NCBI GenBank assembly: GCA_963737655.1
Contig: CAVTTN010000002.1
Location: 3,808,001-3,872,000, forward strand
Direction: 5' to 3'
Length of the DNA stretch: 64,000 nt
From: an uncultured Planctomycetota bacterium
Lineage (GTDB): Bacteria > Planctomycetota > Planctomycetia > Isosphaerales > Isosphaeraceae
The notes under the pieces were generated by a model, which did not search any database, was not told the origin of the DNA, and saw only the letters and a program-made list of their open reading frames with translations. Every line of letters begins with the position of its first letter. The first letter of the stretch is position 1. Shown here one piece after another: positions 49,099-58,537 of this stretch. Position numbers and translations under genes: made by a program.

Positions 49099-50835
49099 AT
49101 GCGTTCCATGCTTCGGTCCCTGACGACGGCCGCCGTTTTTGGCGGCCTGCTGTTCGCCGGGTTCAGCCCGCTGCGAGCCGCCGATCCGCCCAAGACCAAG
49201 GGCAAGACGAAGGTTGCGGCGACGGCCGCCCCGGCCTCGGAAGAGAACATCGAGAACATCAGCCTGCTCGACGGCCTGCGCTCGGGCGACCTCGCGGTCG
49301 AAGCCGAGGGCCGGGGTGATGGGCGGATGAACGTCACGATCACGAACAATACGGGCAAGAAGCTGCGGGTGGTCCTGCCCCCCGGCCTCGTCGCGGGCGG
49401 AGCCTCAGGCCAGTTCGGCGGCGGCGGCTTCGGCGGCGGCGGCATGGGCGGTGGCATGGGCGGCATGGGTGGCGGCATGGGTGGGATGGGCGGCGGTATG
49501 GGTGGCATGGGTGGTGGCATGGGCGGCATGGGCGGCGGCATGGGTGGTATGGGCGGCGGCATGGGCGGTGGTATGGGCGGCGGCATGGGCGGCGGCATGG
49601 GCGGCGGCATGGGCGGCGGCGGGATGGGCGGCGGTGTGATGCCCGCCTCGATGGGCATGATGATGCTCGGCCGGCTGATCATGCAGCTTGTCGGCGACAA
49701 GGATAGCTGGGATCAGCGGTCCCTGATGATGGGGATGATGGGCGGCATGGGCGGTGGCATGGGCGGCATGGGCGGCGGCATGGGCGGTATGGGCGGCGGC
49801 ATGGGCGGCGGGATGATGGGCGGCATGGGCGGCGGTATGCGATCGGTTCCGCCGACCGGCATCCTTCATGCGACCCTCCAGCCCGGCCAGACCCGTGAGC
49901 TGCCCACCACCCTGGTGAGCCTGATGCCCCCGACGGATGACCTCAAGGTCTCCCTTCCCGGCAAGGGCGAGCGTCTCCAGCTCGGCGAGGCCTCGGATAT
50001 CCTGGAAGACAGCCCGCTCGTCCAGTCGGCCCTCCGCCGGCTGGCGTCCGAGAAGGCCCCGGCCTCGGTGGCCCAGCTCGTCCTCTGGAACCTCCGCGCC
50101 GGTCTCGACTGGGCGACGATCGCCAAGGTGGCCCGCCCCTGGGCGAACGCCAACGAGGTCGCCCTGGCCCGCCACTTCGTCAAGACGCTGACGGCCCTCA
50201 ACGGCGACCTGCCGAAGACCGATTCGGGCGTCGTCTACTTCGACGTCTCGGCCCAGGACGGCGGCCATGAGGGCCTGGTCGAGGAGCTTCGCGGCCTCCT
50301 GAAGAACCAGGCGGTCCTCGGCCTGGCGATCGAGATGGGCATCCCGAGCCGTCCCGAGGGTCCGGCCCTGGCTTGCCGGGTCCGCCTGGTTGGCACCGGA
50401 GCGGCGACCGAGGCGGTCGTCCAGGTCCAGACGACCGACGCGACCGGCCGGGAGTGGGCGTCGGCCGGCAAGTTCTCGCTCCCCCTGTCCCGCGATGATA
50501 AGGGCACGATCGCCGCGGCCAAGCTGATGGACTCCGTGGCCGAGGGCACCCTGGGCCGGCTCGTCTCGGTCAAGCTCATCAAGGAGAAGGGCCGCGACAG
50601 GAAGGGCAACGAGATCTTCCGCATCCGCATCGAGAACGCCAGCCCCCTGATCCTCAACGGGATCTCGCTGGCCGGCACCCCGGTCAAGGCCGCCGAGGAC
50701 CAGCCCTCGACCCTCTCCGGGATCAGCCTGCCCCCCCGCAAGAACCTGACCGTCCCGGCGACCGCTCAGATGGTCGATCGCCTGGGCCTCCGCGACGGCA
50801 TCCGCGTCCTGGCCGCGGACCTCAGCGGTCTTTGA
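49099..50835 (+). CDS. Exported protein with two Gly/Met (GGM) low-complexity tracts
   Basis: AAGGTGG RBS and signal peptide ending in PLRA. Globular N- and C-terminal regions flank the GGM tracts. Confidence 0.85.
   Translation: MRSMLRSLTTAAVFGGLLFAGFSPLRAADPPKTKGKTKVAATAAPASEENIENISLLDGLRSGDLAVEAEGRGDGRMNVTITNNTGKKLRVVLPPGLVAGGASGQFGGGGFGGGGMGGGMGGMGGGMGGMGGGMGGMGGGMGGMGGGMGGMGGGMGGGMGGGMGGGMGGGMGGGGMGGGVMPASMGMMMLGRLIMQLVGDKDSWDQRSLMMGMMGGMGGGMGGMGGGMGGMGGGMGGGMMGGMGGGMRSVPPTGILHATLQPGQTRELPTTLVSLMPPTDDLKVSLPGKGERLQLGEASDILEDSPLVQSALRRLASEKAPASVAQLVLWNLRAGLDWATIAKVARPWANANEVALARHFVKTLTALNGDLPKTDSGVVYFDVSAQDGGHEGLVEELRGLLKNQAVLGLAIEMGIPSRPEGPALACRVRLVGTGAATEAVVQVQTTDATGREWASAGKFSLPLSRDDKGTIAAAKLMDSVAEGTLGRLVSVKLIKEKGRDRKGNEIFRIRIENASPLILNGISLAGTPVKAAEDQPSTLSGISLPPRKNLTVPATAQMVDRLGLRDGIRVLAADLSGL
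49417..49839 (+). repeat. (GGCGGC[GGC]ATG)n coding repeats in two blocks (49417-49635, 49726-49839)
   Basis: Encodes GGMGGGMGGM... tracts. Confidence 0.9.
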
Positions 50836-50875
50836 TCCCGGCCGATCCTTCGGGATCGATCCACGAGCAACCTTC

Positions 50876-50913
50876 GGCCGGGGGCGAGGAGTGATCCTCG
50901 CCCCCGGCCTTTT
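50876..50913 (+). terminator. Intrinsic terminator
   Basis: 15-bp perfect stem ggccgggggcgagga-gtga-tcctcgcccccggcc followed by tttt. Confidence 0.85.
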
Positions 50914-50933
50914 CCTTGCGCGACCCGAACGCC

Positions 50934-51383
50934 TCAGCCTCCGAGTTGACGGATCGCCTCGAAGAGCCCGACCGCCACGGCATTGGCGAGGTTCAGGCTC
51001 CGGGCCTCGGGTCGAATCGGGATTCTCACGGCAAGATCGTCGGCATCCTCGATCCAGGGCTCGGGCAGGCCGCGGCTCTCCGGGCCGAAGACCAGGCCGT
51101 CCCCGGGCCGGAACTCGGCCGAGGAGTAGACGCGAGCCGCCTTGGTCGTGAACAGCCAGAGGCGATCGGGGCCGTCCGGTCCCGCGACCTCCTCCAGGCC
51201 ATCGACGACCTTCAGGTCGAGGTCATTCCAGTAATCGAGCCCGGCTCTCTTGATCTGGCGATCGTCCAGGTGGAAGCCGAGGGGCCGGATTAGCCACAAC
51301 CGGGCCCCCACCGCCACGCAGGTCCTCCCGATCGCACCGACGTTCGCCGCGATCTCGGGTTGGACCAGGACGACGTGGAGCAT
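50934..51383 (-). CDS. trmL: tRNA (cytidine/uridine-2'-O)-methyltransferase TrmL (SPOUT)
   Basis: PEI..NVGAIGRTC, RPLGF, KRAGLDYW, FGPESRGLP, RSLNLAN. Confidence 0.95.
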   Translation of the reverse strand: MLHVVLVQPEIAANVGAIGRTCVAVGARLWLIRPLGFHLDDRQIKRAGLDYWNDLDLKVVDGLEEVAGPDGPDRLWLFTTKAARVYSSAEFRPGDGLVFGPESRGLPEPWIEDADDLAVRIPIRPEARSLNLANAVAVGLFEAIRQLGG

Positions 51384-51424
51384 GGCGAGTCCCGAACGGC
51401 CGGCCGGCTCGAACCGTCTCCGGC

Positions 51425-52633
51425 TCAGGGGGACGGCAGGTTGTGCAGGGTATTGCCCAGGACTTCGCCCAGGGCCGACCGGGCATCGTCGTAGAGCTTC
51501 CGTTCCTGAGCCGGGTCGCGATCCTTCGTGGCAGCGAGGTGGTACGCCTCGTAGGCGGACATCCCGCGGGGAGGCAGTCGTGTCTTGCCGGTCGCCCGGC
51601 TCTCCCAGACCGAGGAACCGTCCCTGGTCAGGACGACGTGGACGGCCAGGGCGACGGTCCTCAGCGGGGACTGGAAGAAGCGGCCATCATACTTCTCCGA
51701 GGCATGGAGCGTCAGGTGGTAGGGGGCCGCCTCGTCCCACACGGCCGCGAACGCCGATTTCTCCGGACGAGGGAGGAAGCCGCGTCGGTGGAGCGCATCG
51801 GTCAGTCGGGGAGCGACCGTGGCGGTGAGCGCCTTCCGCGAGGCCTGCCCGTCCAGGAATTCGCCCTGGATCGGATCCACGACGAGGCCAGACCGGGCGA
51901 CGAGCCGGACGACCAGGGCGCGGGCCTCGGCCCGGATCGGCTCGCGACGCGCCGACGTCAGTTCGTCGGCCGCCAGGACGGCCGATTCACACAGAGCCAG
52001 GACGGCGTCGGGCTTCTCGCCGGCGAGCAAGGCGTCGGCCGCCTTGAGGTTGGCGACCGCCTCTTTCTCGGCCGACACCGCGAAGGCCGCATCAACGGGC
52101 CCGCGGAGCTCGTCCAGGGCGGGGTTGGTGCGGACGCGGTCCCGAAGCTCCCGCAGAGCGGCGGCCGTCTCGCCGGTTCGATCGGCCTCCAGCAGGGCGA
52201 GCGTCTCGGACGCCTCCCGGAGGGCCAGTCGGTCCCTTCTCTGAAGCAGCTCCGGAGACGGCCGCTCGCCCGATGTGCGAGAGAGCCGGATCGCGTCCTG
52301 AACCTTCGCCAGGGCCTCGTCCAGATGGCCCGATTTCTCGGACTCCTCCGACGCCTCGACCGTCTCCCGGATGATCCTCTCCCGGAAGGACCGCTCGCGG
52401 CCCTCCCAGATCCGAAAGGAACCGAAGAGGGCGAGGACCCCGGCCAGCATCAGCAGGACATACCAGGCCCAGACCGGTTTCCGCCGCTTCCGTCGCTGGA
52501 GTCCGACGGCCCGGGGGAGGAACGGAACCTCGACGAACGTTCCGCACTCGCCGCAACGCACCTGACGGCCCGGCGAGAGGCCCCGGGGCGAGACCTCCGA
52601 CCCGCAGACCGGGCACGCGAAGGCCCCGACCAT
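51425..52633 (-). CDS. Zinc-ribbon + TM + helical hypothetical protein
   Basis: CPVC...CGEC, then a basic stretch and one TM helix; GGAGG RBS before ATG 52633. Confidence 0.78.
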   Translation of the reverse strand: MVGAFACPVCGSEVSPRGLSPGRQVRCGECGTFVEVPFLPRAVGLQRRKRRKPVWAWYVLLMLAGVLALFGSFRIWEGRERSFRERIIRETVEASEESEKSGHLDEALAKVQDAIRLSRTSGERPSPELLQRRDRLALREASETLALLEADRTGETAAALRELRDRVRTNPALDELRGPVDAAFAVSAEKEAVANLKAADALLAGEKPDAVLALCESAVLAADELTSARREPIRAEARALVVRLVARSGLVVDPIQGEFLDGQASRKALTATVAPRLTDALHRRGFLPRPEKSAFAAVWDEAAPYHLTLHASEKYDGRFFQSPLRTVALAVHVVLTRDGSSVWESRATGKTRLPPRGMSAYEAYHLAATKDRDPAQERKLYDDARSALGEVLGNTLHNLPSP

Positions 52634-52773
52634 CCCGATTGCCTCCCCGGGCGGAAGCTCGGCCCCGGTCCATCCCGGTGCGCAGCATCTCCGCGGCGTC
52701 CTCTTTCCATAGGACGCACAACTCGGCGATTTGTTCAATCCCTTGGCAAATTCAGGGCGCACTCACCGGGAAT

Positions 52774-53553
52774 TCACGCTTCGGCCGTACACTGGTTGAT
52801 GAGCCAGGTATCGACATCGGCGAGCATCGGGGCCGAGAGCCGGTGGGCGCACGGATAGGTCTGAAACGCCACCTTCAGCCCCCCGGCGCGGAGGACTGCG
52901 ACCTGCCGGCGGGCCGTTTCGATCGGGGCTCGGGCATTCCACTCGCCGTGGACGACCAGGATCTTCACGTCCCGGCAGCTCTTGAGCCGAGCCAGAGGGC
53001 GAAATCGGCTGGGGAGCCAGCCGTTGATGGCGACGACTCCGGCGAACCGCTCGGGATAGGTCAGGCCGAGCCAGTAGGCCACCGCCGCCCCCTCCCCCGA
53101 GCCGACGAGAAAGATCCGTTCGGAATGGACGTGAAGCGCCTTGCGAGTCCGCCGGATCGCCCGGAAAATCCCTTCCTCCACCAGATCGATCGGGTCGAGA
53201 GGGCCTTCGGGCCATAGCGTCCGACTGACGACCTGGCTATCCGACGGTGAAGGCGGCGCCGGCTTCCGCCGGTCGGGGCGGACGAACGGCCCTCCCCAGG
53301 AAAAACCCTCGGCGGGGATGCGTCGGCCGACGGGTTCGGGCGCTCTCAGCCCCAGGCCGACATAATTGCGCCAGCTCATGGCCGGCATCGACCGGAGCAT
53401 CTGATGCTCGTCGCCGCCTCGGCCATGGAGCATGACGAGCAAGGGATACGCGTAATTCGGCTCGTACCGCTGAGGGATGAACTGGGCCTCGGTCAGCACG
53501 CTCACGTCGACCGGCGCGTCGAACGGAGGAGAAATCCGTCGGTCGCCGTCCAT
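52774..53553 (-). CDS. Phospholipase/carboxylesterase-fold protein with altered catalytic residues
   Basis: YPLLVMLHGRGG, RIFLVGSGEGA, PERFAGVVAING, HGEWN, AHRL; GAGGAG RBS. Confidence 0.85.
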   Translation of the reverse strand: MDGDRRISPPFDAPVDVSVLTEAQFIPQRYEPNYAYPLLVMLHGRGGDEHQMLRSMPAMSWRNYVGLGLRAPEPVGRRIPAEGFSWGGPFVRPDRRKPAPPSPSDSQVVSRTLWPEGPLDPIDLVEEGIFRAIRRTRKALHVHSERIFLVGSGEGAAVAYWLGLTYPERFAGVVAINGWLPSRFRPLARLKSCRDVKILVVHGEWNARAPIETARRQVAVLRAGGLKVAFQTYPCAHRLSAPMLADVDTWLINQCTAEA

Positions 53554-53908
53554 CGCGGGTGCTCCTCAGGAGAGAGTGAGGGTCGGAAAATCGGCCGCCC
53601 AACCGGGTCACATGTTGCGTCGTAGGCAGGTCGAGCGGGGCTGCCAAAGCATAGCCACGAAATCCCCGGGCTTCAACAAATTGCCCAGTTCCCGGACGGA
53701 TTTTCTCAAGTTCTCCGAGCGGTCGTCCGAAAGGTGGGTAATTTGACGTTAAAGGCCCGGGTTGTAGGGGCTTAGAGACGGCAACCTGCAGGCCGTCAGG
53801 CTTCGAGAGCGCCCCCATCCGGGAGGTGTCCGGGCATGGGTAGGTCTGGGCCTCCCGGGGCCCGCTCAGAAGGCGGCCCCGGGTCGGGAGAGTGGCTGGC
53901 CGATCCTC

Positions 53909-55987
53909 TCAGGCCTTCTTGGGGACGGCCTTCGCCGGATGGAAGATCTTCAGGGCGGTCTTGGGCTTCGGCCTGGCCTGGAGGATCGCCGCCCTCTTGG
54001 CCGCCGCAGCCTGAGCCGCAGCCTGGGCCTTGGCCCTCGCCGCAGCAACCTTCTCCTTGGCGGTCGCCTTCATCGGAGGGGCCGGCGAGCTCGCGGCCTT
54101 GGCCGCCGAGGCTGCTCCTCCGCCGGTCGTGGTCTTCGTGGTGGCCGCCGAGGTCGTCGAGGTCGTCGTGGTCGTGGAGGCCGCCGGAGTCGTCGCGCTC
54201 ACCGCCGCGGAACCCGTCCCGACGGCCGTGGTTGCCGTGGTGGAGGTCGTCGTGAGCGTCTCGGGCGTTCCGTCGGCCGCCGTCGTGGCCTCGGTGCTCG
54301 TGGTGGAACCGGTCACGGTGCTCGACGAGGCCGAACTTGAGGCAGTCGTCGCCACGGCCGAGGAGCCGTCGGCCGAGATCACCCGGAGGGCGATCGGCGC
54401 CCCGGCCAGGCGATTGTTGGTCGGGTTCGAGTCGTCGATCGTATGATCCGGATCGACCACGGCGACGATCCGGGCCGTGCTGGAATTCGGGTCGAACCCA
54501 TCCGGCAAACGGTACGGGAGCTTCACCGTCGCGACGACGTTCTGTGAGTACCCCGGAGCCAGACCCGAGGGAACCTGGACGTCGCCGAGGACCAGCTCGG
54601 GGGCCGACGGATCATCGTTATCTTCGTACAGGAAACGGACCTTGAACGCGCCGGCCTGACCCGCTCCGGCGTTCTCGACCGTGGCGGAGACCGGGAACGT
54701 GCTGCCTCGATACAGGGCCGGCGAAGGTTCCTGGACCGAATCGACCCGGAGGTCGGCCGGCGAGGCCTGGGGCGTCGCCGGGGCGGTGGCTGGCGCCGAA
54801 ATGGTCAAGGTCGTCGCGTCCTGGCCGAGGGTCGGGTTCGGCGCGGTCACCACGGGGTTGGCCACGGCCCCGGCATCCTGGATCATCGTGACGGTGTAGC
54901 TGGTCGAACCGGCCAGTGCGGCCGGCGCGTAGATCGGCAAGGTGATCGTCTGCGAGGCCGTCACGGTCTGCTGGGCCCCGACGGCCGGGATGGCCACCTG
55001 GCCGATCTCGTAGTCGTAGTTGCCGCCAGGCGACTGTCCCGAGGGCGTCAGGACGATCCGGGCGTTCGTCGGCGGGGCTGAACCTTGCGAGAGGTTCGTC
55101 ACGGACGCCGAGACCGTCAGCGAATCGCCCCACGAGACGCTCGAAGGCGAGACGGAAAGGCCGGAGCCCACGAGGTTGGGCGGGACATTGGGCGTGATCG
55201 TGACGACCGAGTCGAGCATCGGCGCCTGGGGATCGACCGTGGCCGCCGAGGCTGGCGTCCCCGACGCCGGGGCGAGAACCGCCGTCAGGAAGAATGACGG
55301 CGACGAGCCCACCGAGGCCATCGGCGAAGGCGGAAGCTGGAGCGTCTGATTGAACGAAACGTTCGAGCCGGGAGTGACCCCGACGGCAATCGGGATCGTC
55401 CCGACGAGCACGGCATCGTTACTCGGCGCGGCCGTGGAAGATGCAAAAATGTCCACTTCGGCGGGGGCGTCGGAGGTCGCGGTCCCGGAATTCGTCACGG
55501 AGCCGCTCGCGCTGAACGAATCGCCCCAATCGAGGTTGTGATCGGTTGAGAAGGACGCGAAGTTGAGCGACGCGTAGGCGGTGGAGGCGGCGCTGGTGGT
55601 CGTCGAGGACGAGCTCGGGGCCGAGGTCGTCCCCGAAAACGAGACCGAGACGGGCGAGGACGAACCGGACGTCACCGCGGGCGATGTGGCCGTGACCACG
55701 GGCGACGCGCCCGAAACGACCGGCGACGCGCCCGAGAGCGTCGAGCTGGTCACTCCCGAAACCGAGCTGGTCGTGGTGGTTGTGGTCGTCGAGCCGGTGC
55801 CGCTCGTGCCCACCCCGGAGGCCACCATCTGGATGGCCGACAGGGCGGAATCGAGGGCCGATGTCACCCCGGACAGGAGCTCGCGGCCCTCCAGAGGCTC
55901 GAAACGGAGGATAGTGGGGCCTCGCCCCCAGGCCCGGCGGCGCACGGCGGCCCGGCGATCGAGAGACGGCATGGTCTTCTCCTCCAT
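53909..55987 (-). CDS. Exported Ser/Thr-rich CARDB-like surface protein with LExRxLL motif
   Basis: FEPLEGRELL, three CARDB-like modules (ending VDPDHTIDDSNPTNN), S/T-rich linkers and a Lys/Ala tail. Start is 55987 or 55972. Confidence 0.82.
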   Translation of the reverse strand: MEEKTMPSLDRRAAVRRRAWGRGPTILRFEPLEGRELLSGVTSALDSALSAIQMVASGVGTSGTGSTTTTTTTSSVSGVTSSTLSGASPVVSGASPVVTATSPAVTSGSSSPVSVSFSGTTSAPSSSSTTTSAASTAYASLNFASFSTDHNLDWGDSFSASGSVTNSGTATSDAPAEVDIFASSTAAPSNDAVLVGTIPIAVGVTPGSNVSFNQTLQLPPSPMASVGSSPSFFLTAVLAPASGTPASAATVDPQAPMLDSVVTITPNVPPNLVGSGLSVSPSSVSWGDSLTVSASVTNLSQGSAPPTNARIVLTPSGQSPGGNYDYEIGQVAIPAVGAQQTVTASQTITLPIYAPAALAGSTSYTVTMIQDAGAVANPVVTAPNPTLGQDATTLTISAPATAPATPQASPADLRVDSVQEPSPALYRGSTFPVSATVENAGAGQAGAFKVRFLYEDNDDPSAPELVLGDVQVPSGLAPGYSQNVVATVKLPYRLPDGFDPNSSTARIVAVVDPDHTIDDSNPTNNRLAGAPIALRVISADGSSAVATTASSSASSSTVTGSTTSTEATTAADGTPETLTTTSTTATTAVGTGSAAVSATTPAASTTTTTSTTSAATTKTTTGGGAASAAKAASSPAPPMKATAKEKVAAARAKAQAAAQAAAAKRAAILQARPKPKTALKIFHPAKAVPKKA

Positions 55988-56090
55988 GAGAAGGCGGCCC
56001 GGGGCGACGGTCTGGACCGTCCTCCCCGCGCGCGAGTCCGCGAAGCCCCTCCTTGGGGCTTCGGGACTTTATCGCCCCCTCCCGAAGCCG

Positions 56091-56712
56091 TCAACCCCGA
56101 AATCCGGCCTCTCGTTCGAGCCCTTGTTCAGGTTCGGTCCGCCGCCGGAGGATCAACGATGCCCCGATCCCTTGAAGCGCCACCCACCAGGAGACGCCGA
56201 AGATCAGGTAGTTCCATCGCGGGAAAAAGACCATCAAGATGCCGGTGAGATACATCTGAACGGCCGGAATCAGGAACCGGGCGCCGAACAACCAGGCCAT
56301 CGTGGCGAAGCCGAACGTGCTGAGGGTCGCCCAGGTGGGCTTGAACCAGTCGTGCTCCCAGCCCGAGAGCGCGTTCATCGTGGCGGCGTTGAAGGCCAGG
56401 ATCAGGAACGTCCCCCAGACCCTCGCGATCACCGCGGCCGCCGACGACGAGCGCAGCAAGCCGGGGCCCGCAACCGCTCGAATCGTCGCGAGCGAAACCA
56501 GGAGGTCCGCGACCCAGAGGGCCGGGTGCCTCGGGTCGCTCCGGACCCCGGGATCGACCAACGCCTGGCAGGCGAGGAACGCGGCGAGGTGGACCCAGCC
56601 GACGGCCATCAGCGCGACGCCCCATCGCCCTCTCGCGGCGGAGGCCGCGGCCTCGTCGCGAAGGGCCTGTGCGCGGAAGGGCGGGCCGAACCCGCCGGGG
56701 ACTCGCGATCAA
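56091..56712 (-). CDS. Hypothetical integral membrane protein (probable frameshift near 56698)
   Basis: About 6 TM segments. Removing one base in the run at 56697-56700 joins it to a TTG overlapping the ABC ATPase stop. Confidence 0.7.
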
Positions 56713-57383
56713 CTCGGGACAATCTGGCCATCGCGGAGCTTCACCTCGCGGTCGGCCGAGGCGGCGACCTCGGCACTGTGGGTGACCATGACCAGGGTCA
56801 ATCGCCTCTCCGCCTTCAACCTCTTGAGCAATTCGAGGACGTCGGCCTGATTGCGGCTGTCCAGGTTGCCGGTCGGTTCGTCGGCCAGGATCAGGCTCGG
56901 TTCATTGGCCAGCGCCCGGGCGATCGCCACCCTCTGCCGCTCGCCGACCGAGAGCTTCCTGGGAAGATGGGACTTGCGATGCCCCATGCCCACCTCGTCG
57001 AGCAAACGGCCCGCGCGGTCGAGCCGCTCGGACCGGGGCCACGGCCCCTCGAACATCGGCATTTGCACATTCTCAATCGCCGAGAGCGACGGCACGAGGT
57101 GGAACGACTGGAAGACGAACCCGAGCTGTCGCGAACGGAAGGCGTCGCGATCGAGCGTCCCGAGCGGCCGGCCCCGGAAGAACACTTCGCCGGCCGTCGG
57201 CCGATCGAGCCCGCCGAGCAGGTAGAGCAGGGTGCTCTTGCCGCAGCCGCTCGGCCCGGTGATCGCGACGGACTCCCCTTCGGCCACCTCCATCGAGACG
57301 CCTTGAAGCGCTTTCACGTCTCCATCGGGATACGTCTTCACGAGCTCGGACGCGGAAAGCAACGGTAGGGTGCCCTCACTCAT
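56709..57383 (-). CDS. ABC transporter ATP-binding protein (LolD/MacB-like)
   Basis: [43 protein letters not shown]. Confidence 0.95.
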   Translation of the reverse strand: MSEGTLPLLSASELVKTYPDGDVKALQGVSMEVAEGESVAITGPSGCGKSTLLYLLGGLDRPTAGEVFFRGRPLGTLDRDAFRSRQLGFVFQSFHLVPSLSAIENVQMPMFEGPWPRSERLDRAGRLLDEVGMGHRKSHLPRKLSVGERQRVAIARALANEPSLILADEPTGNLDSRNQADVLELLKRLKAERRLTLVMVTHSAEVAASADREVKLRDGQIVPS

Positions 57384-58503
57384 GGCGGAGCGCCTCCGTG
57401 GGGTCGAGCGAGGCGGCTCGGAGGGCCGGATAGACCCCTCCCAGGAGGCTCAATCCCGCCCCCATCGCCAGGGCGATCCCGAAGGCGGCCGGAGGGAGGT
57501 TGGGGTCGATGAAATTCCGCGACGTAGGCGCCTGGAGCAAGGCCCAGAGGCCCGCGTACGCCAGGGACATCCCTCCCACCGCCCCGAGGAGCCCCAGGGC
57601 GAATGCCTCCCCCAGGATCATCCCCAGGACGCGTTTCCTCTTCCACCCGATCGCTCGCAAGACGCCGATCTCCCCGGTCCGTTCGAAGACCGCCATGATC
57701 ATCGTGTTCAGCACGCCGATGGAGCCGATCACCAGCGCCACCAGCGACGTGGTCCAGGCCATCGCCTTGGCAAGCTGAATCTGATAGTCCCGGTTGACGT
57801 ACTCCTTGGATGCCTCGGCCATCACTCCCGGAATCCTGGACTCGATCTCCTTCGCCAGGGCGGCGATTTTCGATCCGTCCGCCGGGAAATCGGTGGAGAT
57901 CACGAAGGCCGTCACCTGGCCCTCCCGTCCCATCATCGTCTGGAGGGTCGCCAGGGGAACGATGAGACTCCCGTTCTCGAAAATGCTCTCGCTATGGAAC
58001 ACGCCAACGACTCGGAAGGACTCACCGGCCACGTCCAGTGAATCGCCCGGCCGCTTGTCCAGGCTCCGGGCCAGGACTCGTCCCAACAGCGCCACCTTGC
58101 CTCCGCCCGGCCGGAGGTTCTCGCCCTCGTCGATCTTCAGGTCCCTCAACAGGAGACCGCCCGGCTCCCAGCCGTTGACGACCACGCTCACCAGGTTCGC
58201 CTTCTCGAACGTGACGGTATCGACGAGGGATTTCGCGACTTCCCGGACGCCCGGAAACGCCTTCAAACGGTCCGCCAGCGAGGCATCCAGGTTGCTCGAA
58301 AGCCCGTTGCCGATCCCTCCGCGGACGACCACCAGGTCAATCCCCTTCGAGCTGTAAAGCTTGAGGAACGATCGCTCAAAACCCCACGCGATGCCCATCA
58401 ATACCACAACCGCGCCCACGCCGACGGACAGCCCCACGACCGTGAGGATCGTTCGGACCGGGCGATTGATCAGGTTCTTGAGAATCAGGGTGCTGAAGCG
58501 CAT
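57376..58503 (-). CDS. ABC transporter permease (MacB/FtsX-like)
   Basis: R..RTILT..G..VGV, a periplasmic domain, NTM..AVFERT.EIGVLRAIGW, and YPALRAASLDP.EALRHE. Confidence 0.93.
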   Translation of the reverse strand: MRFSTLILKNLINRPVRTILTVVGLSVGVGAVVVLMGIAWGFERSFLKLYSSKGIDLVVVRGGIGNGLSSNLDASLADRLKAFPGVREVAKSLVDTVTFEKANLVSVVVNGWEPGGLLLRDLKIDEGENLRPGGGKVALLGRVLARSLDKRPGDSLDVAGESFRVVGVFHSESIFENGSLIVPLATLQTMMGREGQVTAFVISTDFPADGSKIAALAKEIESRIPGVMAEASKEYVNRDYQIQLAKAMAWTTSLVALVIGSIGVLNTMIMAVFERTGEIGVLRAIGWKRKRVLGMILGEAFALGLLGAVGGMSLAYAGLWALLQAPTSRNFIDPNLPPAAFGIALAMGAGLSLLGGVYPALRAASLDPTEALRHE

Positions 58504-58537
58504 GGGTGGGATTTCGCAATCCTGGAGTCGGAGATGT

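Noticed and set aside
49417..49839. Link between the GGM protein and the tail-less GroEL (tail supplied in trans)
   Set aside because: The GGM protein has a signal peptide and lies 48 kb away, so the two would be in different compartments. No supporting evidence.
53554..53908. Long intergenic region as a riboswitch/ncRNA or sigma54 promoter
   Set aside because: I recognised no aptamer consensus or correctly spaced GG-N10-GC. An Rfam search would be needed.
56709..56712. Stop-codon readthrough from the ABC ATPase into the membrane protein (same frame)
   Set aside because: A one-base indel giving a standard TTGA overlap is simpler, given the other indels in the window.
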